Under the pieces are notes generated by a model. That model was not told where the DNA came from. It was given only the letters and a program-made list of their open reading frames with translations, and did no database searches. The position numbers and the translations under genes were made by a program. From Chrysomallon squamiferum (taxonomy: Eukaryota > Animalia > Mollusca): a stretch of DNA of 64,000 nucleotides. The first letter of the stretch is position 1; each line of letters begins with the position of its first letter. The DNA lies in NCBI GenBank assembly GCA_012295275.1, contig CM022676.1:13268001-13332000 (forward strand). The letters run 5' to 3'. Of the stretch, positions 1-12,468 are shown in pieces.

Positions 1-3000
1 AATTTAAAATATTTTATTTGATTCTTTATATAACCTGGGTCTAGACTATAATATTAAAGTTTTTCATCAACTAAAACTCAAAAATTTTTTTAGGTCACCA
101 GGCTACATGACCAATCTCTAGGATCTGTCTGTGCCTTACCCTGGAGCTAACTGTTGAATACTGTGTCTGAGGTCCTGTCTGAATAAAAATCGTGTTTTAA
201 GTTTTATCTTTGTTTTTATTGCACAAATGTTACCTTGTCTTGTGAAAAAAAGGTTTAATCTCAAAGGACACGTCTTGGTTAACAGCCACCTTGTTAGTTT
301 TAACCAAACATGTTTCACAAATATCATTTATACACTTTAAACTCAGTGTTTTATGAGTTCTTGACCAAACAGATTCAGTATCTTAGCTTCATTTGTTTGT
401 CTAGTATAAAAAACTTATGCCATATGAATGCAGTAGAAAATGTTGATGAAAAACTCTGGTAAAGTCTCTTTACTATTTTTAGACAACAGTTTGGTTTTAA
501 AAATTATCACTGGAAAGAGAAACATTTTGTCTTCTAAAGAACAGTAGCATTGAAGCACAAAGTAAAAAGCTTTTGTTTCTGAGCCAAGTTGTCATTGTTT
601 TCATAAGATGTCATAAAATTACTATTTAAGTGATCAAATCTTGATTGAAATGATTACGAAACTGATTACTTACACATTAGCTGACTTTGTCTCCACCTTA
701 GTAACTAAATCATCAACATTATTTAGGCAATTCACTTCATGGCAAAATGTTTGTTAAAGGCTCTATGTTGAAAGCCTTTGGCACAAAATCTGTGAAGGTT
801 TTGACCAGTTTATTTATTTCTGATGCCCCAAATAGAAAAAATAGAAATCACATGACTTCAATATCTAAAGTGTTGTGATCTAAATATGAAGTTTATAGTT
901 CTGTCATATTTACCTTTTTATTTGATTTTTCTGTGTTGTGGCAATGCCATGAGAATAATATTGGAAATGAAGATGGAATAAAGGTGTTTAGTTAATGTTA
1001 GTGGGGAAAATTAAGCTTCTTATGCTTGAAGCTTGTTTAAAAACATACTGCTTATACAATAAATGATAACATGGGTAATTCACTACAGATTTTCTTATTC
1101 AGTCTCCTCATTCATTTGACATTTGCTTTATTATATCCACTCCCCCATTCAAACAGGTTCTCAGAAATATGTATTCAAAAGTCATTTTGAAGATCTTATC
1201 CAAGTGAAACTCAGCTTCTGCACCATTTACATTCACATCACCAAACTTGTAACTGTTCCATCCAATTTTTGTCCGTGCATTCTCATTGTAAAGTGCTTTG
1301 AAACCAACTGTTAGGAGGAAAGGGTACTCAACAAGTCATTTTTATTGTTATAACCTTTACAGGCACTATGATGCTGAAAAAAACTGCAGTTTGTTAAAAG
1401 AAAACAGAAGACTCCTAAAATTTAACATTGTAGTTTTTCTAATTTATCCCTTCTAAATATATTTTATCATTTAGATCTTTTTACTCTGATTAATTTGATT
1501 ATACAACTGTACTTATAGTAAAAGTAGAACTGAAATTATGAATTTTCAAAGATTTTATTTATTTATTTATTTTTATTTGTTGCAAATGATTGGTTTTATG
1601 TTTTTTTGCAATTTACAAATAATAAAAGTTTAAAAAGAAAAACAAATAACTTTTAAAAAGAAATTACAACTGCAGAAAAACTAGTTAATGTTAGAAATAG
1701 ACATTTTGAATAGAAACAAATTTAAATATTATATGTCCTGTTGGTATCTATGAGGATAATAATTTAAATAAATAGCTATTTAACTGTTCTTTAATGAATA
1801 CAGTGAACTTAAACGTTTCTATTTTTTCAGTGACCAACAAGTAATTCAATTTCTTTAAAAGATTGATAAAATGATTACATTATCATTCTGTAAATCATTG
1901 TTGAAATGTTTAATATGAGAAGAAAATAAATTTCAAATATTTTTATAAAGTAATCTTAGAAAAAATATATCTGCCAAAAAACCAAAATAATAAACCTTGG
2001 ATATTGAAGAGTTAACTCCTTCAGTCACAAAGATATGATTTTTAGTAATCTCGCTCTAGAAATAATTCAACAAAGTTGCTGTACAAAACAAAATGACATG
2101 CAAATGTAAAAAAGGAAAGTTTATATTTATTGTTTTCATTAATAAACAAAAGTATTCATAATATTGTGGGTTTGTGTATTTGTTTTGATCTTGAATAAAT
2201 TAGAAATTTTCCAAGGGCAGCTATCTGTCACCATCTAAAAAAAAAAAAATGCATTATTAATACTGTAAATTATTATACATGTATGAATTTTTTTTCAGTA
2301 TATTTATGCTTTCTTGTCCTTTTACTACTACTTATTGTCACGGGATCCATCGCATAAAAGGTGTTAACTTTCAAGTGCTAACGACCCAATTAAAATATGG
2401 GTTGTTTCTTGTCTATGGTTTGCACCTTTGGTGGACCCGCTGACGTTGTAATTAAGAAACTGATTGATTATAATAGATACATACTACAGATATAAACTAT
2501 ATATAATATCAAGTATCCACTATGAACACCAAAACAAAACACAATATTTATATTATGAAGATAATTATTTATTTTATACATGTATACTTATTATTTAGTG
2601 GTTGAGGACGTGGGAGTTGGTGTTAAATGAAATACTGTAATTCTTAATTCTTTTAATTTTCCCTAACAGGTTTTGTTAGAAATAAATATATAACTCAAAC
2701 TCTCTTTGGAGCATATACAGATTACATCAAATTGATCAGCAAATCAAACAGAGTATAAAGAAACAGGATAACCATTTGTCCCTGCTTCCGACCTAAACAA
2801 AGATAACAGAAAATATAATGACCAACATAAGTGCCTAATAATGGCCGCAAACTCCTCACTCCTACCCATGTCTTCTCTTTGTTCTTTGTGGTTTCTTGTG
2901 AGATCTTTTGTCTTTTACTTAATTAAACAAATCGCAGACTTCCCTGAAGTCAGCAGAGCATAGCTGATAAAAATTCATTTTATTTCTCGCAAATGATCTT

Positions 3001-4078
3001 TAATTCTTAGGTGATTTCAGTAATTGGATTATTGTTAACTAACAGTAGATATTTAATTAATATATACTGATAGGAATATCTGTAGAAATGAATGGTTAAC
3101 ATATTTACTTACTTTAATGATGCATACAGGTAAATTATGAGATATTAAACTGCATTAAAGTTAGCTATTTAGGTAAATAGTAATTATGTTATCGACATTT
3201 TCAAAAACTGCATCTTAAAGGTACAACTATATAAAATATTATAATAAGTAAAAAAAATAGCTACCAGAGAATTCTACAAGTAGGTATAAACTAAATTGCG
3301 ATCTGTGGCTTAATAAATAAGTTAGGACCATTTTGCTAAGTTAAAGAACACAGAAAACAGTAAATCTAAATATCACTGAGAAAACTTGCCACAGCTTGAA
3401 CAAGGCCCTATTAGGGTATGGTTAGGGGCCCTACTACATATGGTAAAAACACTGTTTACCTTCTTACTTATTATTATGCTTTTTTTTGTTTTTGTTATAT
3501 ATATATTTTTTTTAATCAAATAATACTTTAATAGTCTTAAATAAAAGTGAACATAATTGAGTTTTTAACATACATTGTCTCCTGTTCAGACAATTGATTT
3601 TGCACTAGGTGTTGAGAAAGAATAGATGTGATGTATATTTGTTGCAGGTTTGCTTAAATTACTGATGATAAATTGATTTTCATAGATATTGCTGGTTTTT
3701 TAAAATTATTATTATTTTATTTTTACATGTTCTGTCTTATTCTGAAATAATTAATAATTTAAAATCAATTTAAAATAAGAAAAACAAAAGATAATTAATT
3801 TGAAGATTAATGATTCTGTTGACATTTCAAAAAATCTTTGTTTTATTTTCATGTAAAAAATTAAACACAGTTATTTCATAACTGAATTAAAATTAATGCA
3901 TGTAAATAACATGTCTATATATATATATTTTTATAGGTTTGATGAAACAATTTTTTTCTTCCTATTTTTCTTATTTCTTTAATATAATTTAATTTCGTGT
4001 TATTTAATTTAATTTAATTTAATTTTATTTTATTTTTGTCTTTACTTTATTAATATAATTACTCAAAATATGTTTTAG

Positions 4079-7000
4079 GTTCTGTAAACCTTTCTGGTTC
4101 TCCCTTTGCTGTGATCAGTCAAAGCTACACATTCCAGTGTTCTGTACCAGACAGCGTCACTTTACCTGTTAACTTTATAAGAAATAAAGATATTGTGTGT
4201 ACAGTTCTATCATCTTGTAGACAAGTTGATTCTGTTGCTGGTTACTCTTGTAAATGTGCTGGTCAGACTGCTGGAACTTCTACACTCTTCAACCTGACAA
4301 TAAACAATGTCAGTCTTGCAGATGAAGCTAACTGGACATGTACACATGGTAAAAATGTTAGCAAGAGTTTTGATTTACAAGTTTTCAGTAAGTTATTTGT
4401 TTTTATTTCATTAAATAATATTTATATTGTACTCTACTGTAATAGATATTAATTATAATTTATATACAATAGCAATTTTATGCAACAGTTGCATCACTAA
4501 TTACAGAATAAAAACTGAAAGATATACATAGAAAGTTGTTAGCAAACAAAAATAAGATATTTTGCATTATTTTTATTTCTATTTAATTTTTTTAAAACTT
4601 TAAAAAAAAAAAATTAATTAAGAAATTCAGTCATTCTGTATGGTAAAATTACTCCAAATTTCTAGGTCTCTGAAAGAGAATTGAAGATAAATACCAGTTG
4701 GGAAGGGGTGTTGCAGATAGTGTCTTTTTATAGTGTAGCTCACGATAAATACATGACACCATTTCGCACCAAGCAGCACAATAGTCTGATTTGATAATGT
4801 TATTTACACTTCTATAACAAAATATGTACTTCTGTCTTGAATAAAGTTAAACAGAGATTTATCCGGAGTTGTTTAAAGAAAATATATGGAGTAGTTCCAC
4901 TAAAAACAGTTGATAATTCCACTCAAAAATAATAGTTAATAGTATTAGGTATTCAAACAGAGTTGGTTAGCTGCTTTAATAATACTGTGAATACAAATGT
5001 CAGGTCTGTCCTTGTGATGCTGAAAAATACAAACATTTTTTTTTTGTTCAATTAGTAGTTTAGTGTGTAGGTGGTTTACCTTCACCTTATTAACCACAAG
5101 TTAACTCTACTTAAAAATTATAGTTGTTTCATTTTAGAGTTAATCAAAGGACCCCATTTTTATTACACAGTTGTAGATAGTGCAGGAATACTTTACTGGC
5201 AAATAAGAAGTATTTTATATTTAAAATGATGTTTAACAGTGAATAGAGGAACAAAATAGCTGATACTCAGTTGTTCAGTCTTTTGTTTACAGATTATAAT
5301 TCAAAATAATGTTCATATATCTCAAGGCATTTATTGAAGGTATACTGAAAGCAAACTATGAATATTAAGTTCTTATCCAGCAATCACTCCTGACAAATTT
5401 CAAGCCAGCTGCTGATACACAAAAGACATTTGAGCAGCTCACAGTCTAAAAGACCCTCAGTCTTGACATGAGCTGATCATCTATGACCAGTGACATCAAA
5501 CTGCCACCAAATCCTTCTTGCAATGACTTGCCTCCTGAACATTTTATATATGAATAGTACTTTACATGTTCCATCAGAAAAATCTCATTACAGCACTGCG
5601 GTATGGGAAAGCAAGTTTCAAGCTGTTGTTAGACATAACCATCCTGCATTTTGGGAGCTTATTCATTGCTTATCATTACAACATGGTGTCAGACTCAAAA
5701 AGCAAAAATAGCTGAAGTATTCACTAAACTAACAGTGTACAATCCTTCATCTGTACAAATGATCACATTTTCAGATTTGACAAAACTGCAGACAATGATT
5801 ACATATCTTCTGTTGCTGGAATACATTAAATCCAAAGCTCTTAATTGCACTTAAATTTGGCAATCAACTGCCAGCTTTGCTTCCATCTTGAGTGCATTTT
5901 TTAGATTGGATTTTGAACAAGGAAGTCACTTCAGAATAATTCATTGTCAAATAGCCTGGAATTGGTTAATTTGAAGAAGACAATAAATGAGTGCTACTGT
6001 GACTGTCTTCAGTAACGGCAGCCTGAAACTGGACTATGATGTTTTAGCATGGACATACTTTTTTAGATGAATGGCAGCATCATTATCAGAAAAAGGATCT
6101 TCATGCTATTCAGATTCCTATATTTTGATACCTTTCATGATTCTTTGATATCAATAATGTCATGGATATAGTGAGTTCAACATCAGGATTACTTTAATAA
6201 TCTCTACTTTACATATGTAGGTTGGTCATTATTGCACTATCACAATCAATCTCAGCAAAAGTTAAGTTGATTCAAATTGACATAATAATCAACGTAATGT
6301 TTCATAAACTGCTTGTTTCACTTGTGAAATACTAACATGTATATTGAAAAAGGAACTGCACATGCATGTTATGTATGTTGTGAAGCAGGCAGCCACCTGC
6401 TGTCTCCACAACACGAAACAGATGTTTGTAGTGTAACAAGATTGGTGTTGTATGTGAATTAAAATCTTTATCTAGATTAAACAGAAAAAAGGAAAACAAG
6501 ACAGAAAAAGAAAAAGAAAGAAAAAATTAAAATGCAGCCACATTATGGGGCTTTTTTTTTCAATTTATTTTTAATTTATTTTTTTAATTTTTAAAGTTTT
6601 TTTACAGTCACACTGGACTTTATAACTTTCTATGTGTATCTATTACTATTAATTCGTAATCCTATCATTGCTTTCATATATCTATTTTGGTTGTACAAGC
6701 ACAATATTTTTTATTATTATTCAAATTAACCTATTGCTAGGTCTTTTTGGGTGTTTTTAGTTGTTAGAACTGGGAATAGTCAACCACTGAATTCATATTG
6801 AGCAAAGATGTGACTGAGACTGAATAGTTATTTAATGCATTTGCTAAAAGTAGAAAGTAAATATAAATAACTAAAAGACATCTAACAAAACAAAATAAAT
6901 AAATCTAATTTCTTTTTATATATCTGAAATATATTATCTGAGACCAAATTAATATTAATAATCTATTGTTTAATTAAATTCTGGTTAAAAAAAAAATTCC

Positions 7001-10000
7001 TCTTTCAGCTCCAGTTAATTATACAATCACAAAAGTGTCTGGAACAAGACCAAACTCATTTAACATCACTGAGGGAAACTCTGCTGTTTTTACCTGTGTT
7101 GTACACGGAGCCAAACCAGCACCGACTGTTTCACAGATCTTGTGGTACGTAGACAGTAACAAGCTTCCTGTCAACACCACTGGACCTCCCACTACTACTG
7201 ACAGACTGACAACATTAAATGTGACGTACACAGCCAGCAGAGATCATGATGGTCAGAAAGTTTTCTGTGCTGCTAAAAATAACTTGATGACTGACCAAAG
7301 TATCCCTCCTGTCAACTCAACTAACAAAATTGGACTGGTAATTCAAAGTAATTATCTTTCATTTATTTTATTTTTGCAAATTTAGAAATCTCATATAGAT
7401 AGATAGATAGTGTTTAATATGGTTGACATTAATGTAACATTGTAACTGCAAATTTATATTGTTAATTCATATCTTATAATTTGGTCAAAATAATTATGAA
7501 GATTATTTAAAATATCTGGTCCAAACCATATTTTTTATTTTGTATTTCTATCACAAGTTATTTGAATTAAACAGATTACAAAACAGGATTGGTACATAAC
7601 TTGTATTCCATTTATAATTATTCACTAATGTGAGATGTCGTTATGTGATGACAAAAACTAGGACTATCTGAAAATAAAATTAAATACATTATCATAAACA
7701 AATTAGAATCCTCATTAACAAAACGTTTTTTGTTTTATTTGTTTTTAATTAATAAAGAAAACTTTAACCTAAATTCACTTTTTTATTTGATAAAACTACC
7801 TAGATATTAATTTGATAATAAAACTAAGTACAGTATGAAAATATATTTCACTTCAGCTGAACTTGGGAAGTGTGAATGGAATACCACTGAGTTTTAGATG
7901 CCAGTAGTCTAATGGATTTAACTGATCATTCAAAAACCATGAATTTCTAAATTTTTGTTTCTACTAAAAATGAAATTTTCTTTATTACTTACTAATTATT
8001 AGTAAACATCTAATTGTGACAGGTACATTACAGTCAGTGTTCTTTGTTAGCAGAATGCACGTAACTGAATTAATAATTTCTCATATATATCAACTTTATA
8101 GATAAACAAAATTATCATATTGCAATAAATCTTGGAAACAAATATACTTAGTTCATGATTCAGAAACTAACAGGAAATGATCACTCTTCTTACTGTAGAT
8201 ATTTAACTTCATTCTGGTTCAGAAGTGAAACTGATATCTTCTAGCTTAAAAGTAGTACTGAGCTGAACTGAAATAACATTTTTCCCGTGTTTATTTAACA
8301 ATCAGTTAATTATTAAATAATTAAATTAAATTTAACATATTTTTTTAAATCTTGAATTTTTCACTTACAGGACCACCAGACTTTCCTTCTACAAGTGGTG
8401 AGTGTCCAGATACTTACATAGAGTCAGGACAGAGTGGAACTTGTGTGTGTAACACCACTTTTCTAGGAACACCTGCTGGCACAGTAAGCTGGATAACTCC
8501 TGATGGAACTGACACACACACACAAACTCTTGTCTTGAAATCTATTAACACAAAGTACAACAATCAGAACTACACTTGTCAAGTGAGAAACTACGTGGAG
8601 ACCAGAAACTTGACATTTAGAATAAAACTAGCATGTATGTATACAATTTCATTTTAACAACTGCAATAAAATGTTTATCTGTTAGTAATTATTTTGGAAT
8701 ACATAGTTTTATCACACAAATAAATCACTAATCAATTAGTGTAACTTTGTATTTTCTGGTATGAAAGTGTATTACTGATACAAAGAGTAAAGGTTTTAAC
8801 TGAAAAGAATGTATTTGTGACATGTTGTCAAAATCTATCAAAATTTACCTATTACAGAATAATTATTATCTTTTTATGTCTCACTTCTACATCTTTTCAT
8901 CTGTGTTTTGTAACATTGCAGAAAGAACATGCTTATTCTTAAAATGTTGTAAATTTTAGTTGGTCCTGACAGAAGTGATATAACAGGAAACCAAGATAAT
9001 TTTGATGCTGATGGAATCAGAAAATTGACCTTGACCTGTACTAGTTCATCATCAAGTCCCAGTGTTAACTTTACTTGGAGAAATCTCACTAGTGATCAGA
9101 TTCTGATTTCAAACGAACCAATCAGAGAACAAGACGCTGGTGATGGAGGAAAGCTGTTTAGTCAGAATCTGGTTTTGGTTCCACAGTGGTATCAGGATGG
9201 AGATGAAATAGAGTGTGAAACACAGAATTCTCAGATACCTGAAACAAACTCTACAACAAAAGTTACACTGACTTTGTATTGTGAGTACATACAACATAAA
9301 ACATTATTTATAATAACAATAGTGATAACAGTAATAATGATAATAATAATAATAATAGACAGATTTTGAATATTTACTTCTATTCTGTTTTGGGTAGAAT
9401 TTGGTTCAGGATTCACAGTCTTATTTGTTTACCACATTTCTGACTCTAACACAACCAAGATTGATTTTTGGGAATTTTTTATTAACATTGAAATTTAGAA
9501 TGAGGATAAGCCCTCTGAAGAAGTTTGATCACATATCCTATAATAAACGAATGAAACATTTCAACACACTTGCCTCTGCTGTCAAAAACAGAGTGAAAAT
9601 GAGTAGATAACAATTTTAAATGGAATATTTGAATACGAAATATTTTGTTTTCAGATCCACCTGTGAGTCCTCCAGAAATAACAGGATACAAGACAGGACA
9701 AGTGGTTTATGAAGGAGACACACTGAACATTCGTTGTGTTGTGTCAGGTGGTAAACCTCTAGTGACATCAGTAAGTCTGTCTTGTGACACAGATCACAGG
9801 AACACTTCAACTGAGAGAGATGAAAACAGTGTTTTTGTAGATTTGTCTTTTACAGTTAGAAGAAATCTCAACTCTAAGACTTGTCAGTGCAGTGCAGTTC
9901 ACCAGACTCACAGATATAATGTCATAGACACTGAAACACTCACTGTGTACTGTAAGTATTTAACAATAACACTAATAACAATAACAATAACAGTAACAAT

Positions 10001-12437
10001 AACAATAATAATAATAATAATAATGATAATAATAATAATAACAACGATGAAAATAACAATGGAAATGATATTGATGGTGATGATAATGATAATAATAATA
10101 ACAGTAATGATAATAACAATAACAGTAACAATGATGAAAGCAACAGTAAAAACAGAAAGGAAATTAAGAAACATAATGATTAGAACACTAAAATACTTTG
10201 TTTTCTTGTTTTACTTTTTTTTATTATTCTTAAAGTATTTTTAACTCGAAATTTTAATAATATAATGTTTTATTTAGATCCACCATCATCTCCAGATCTG
10301 GTTTCAAATTTGAGTTTTCCGTGGTTAGAAGGTCAGAGTAGAAACCTGACTTGTGCAGTGTCTGACAGAGGAAATCCTCCAGCTGTGATTGTCTGGTTTA
10401 AAAACGGAGTGAAAGATTCCACACACACAAACTCCTACTGGCTGTTCAAACATCTGTCCTACACAGACAACAGTCAGACATTTATGTGTCAGGCTACAAA
10501 TAACTTCACACTCCACAAAAATGATCCAAAGTCTTCTCAAAATAAAACACTAAATGTTTACTGTGAGTATTGTGTGTTTTCATTTAATATTAACAAATAT
10601 AATTCTATTATTACTGAAAGAGAACAAACATTTCTGAAAATGCATACTTATAAACATACATCATGTGTGACTTATGTTTTATTTCATGTTGAATATTGCA
10701 GACTTTTCCATTTATTGATACAAAATTTTTTGACTGTTTGCATTTTGTCAAACACTTCATTATTTATTATTTGGAAGTTAATTTGCTTTTTTCTAGAGAC
10801 TGCATCTTTTGTCTTTCCTTAATTCTTTTATGAGGTTAATTTTTTCTTTGAAATAAAATTATTTCAGTTGACCGTTTCTTAAAACTTCATTTTTATATAT
10901 TATTTAAAATACAGTCAAAGTAAGTCATTCATCAAAGTCATCATATGTATGGAAACAATCATGGTGTGTTGATAAGTTTTTTTTTCCATGAACAATATGA
11001 CTCAGTAATTAGAGTAAAAAGTGTTTAGTGCATTACAACATTCACTGTTTTTATCATAAGTAGAGAAAAAGAGAATATTAAGGGAACTGGTAACTTTAGA
11101 TAAAAATAACTGGTATATTAATTTTCAGTGTAAGATTCTAATATTTATTAAAATATAAATACCATTAAAGTAAACAATAAAATCAACAAATAGGTTTTTA
11201 TTATTTGTTAAAATAAAAATACCATATGGAATTTTAAGTAAAACAACATTGAGAAAATATCATCTCATTATGTTTATTTAAATAAGTATATGTAACTGAG
11301 TTATTTTGTAAAAAATATGAGCTGAGGCAGCAGTTTACAAACTTTTAAATTTTATATTTTTATCACTGTTTTTTATTATGTTTAAACAGACCATCCACGA
11401 GTGAGTATTGATAAATCTGGACCAATCATAAGACGGGAAGGACAAAGTCTGGATGTAGTAAACTGTTCAGCAGACAGCAATCCTCCAAACACAACACTCA
11501 ACTGGACATCAACCTCACCTCACTGGACTGGTGGTTTCCCTTTACATATTGCAGTACTTGACAGAGGCCACCACGGTAAATACACGTGTACAGCAACAGC
11601 GTCATCTTCACTAGCATCTCTAACTGGAACATCTCAGATTAAAATTATAGTTAACTGTAAGTACATATGTGTTAAATCACAAATTATTTGTGTTTTCTGT
11701 TAAATTTAATTTCTGTTTACTATTTATTGTCAGTGGTTTGTTTATAAAATGGAATTGTAAATATTTGTAAGATTGTGTCTTGGTTTGCTTAGTCTAACCT
11801 AGTCAGTGCAATGTGTTATATTTAGGCAGACACTTAGATTATCAAGTGTGATTGTTATGACTTGTTTAACTTGATGACTTGATTTATTACTGTAAATTTA
11901 GTAATTGTTTACAGATGCTCCTGATCTGACTTTTCCTTCTTTAAACACAACTGAAAACACGTCACTGAATATCAACTGTTCTGCTGATGGTCGTCCTGAC
12001 AACATGAACTTCAAACACTTCAAACATTACTGGAATGACTTGTTTATTCAAGATGTGCCAGGAACAAAGGTAACAGGTAATCAGTACAGATTACAGTTTA
12101 ATCCTGTCACGTTTGAAGAGAGTGGAATCTACGTCTGTAGTGTGGATAATGGAATCCCAGACAGGAATGGAAGTTTACTACAAAACAAAACCAGCAGTGT
12201 TTATGTTAAAGGTATCAGTCTAATTTTTAATAACAAAAGAACAATGTTTTATTTTTTTCTTGCCTAACCTATATAATACCTAAGTTAACATCTGTTCAGT
12301 ATCATGTTGCAAATGTCTATGCAGGTTCATAAATTACTACTCAGTTCTAAAATTTATTGTATAATTTAGCTGTACAATATTATTCAATTTTAAATAATCC
12401 TAATTGTGAAGAAAGTAGTATTTCACTGTATATATCT

Positions 12438-12468
<31 letters not shown>

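Noticed and set aside
886-3129. Other leader candidates for gene A (886 MKFIVLSY...; 2841 MAANSS...; ~3090-3129 ...WLTYLLTLMMHTG)
   Set aside because: Each lacks either a proper donor or an in-frame ATG.
7019-7231. Antisense ORFs over Ig exons (also 8874, 9109, 9616, 10325, 32260, 33099, 33665, 35848, 49658, 54496, 57862)
   Set aside because: Shadows of real exons on the opposite strand.
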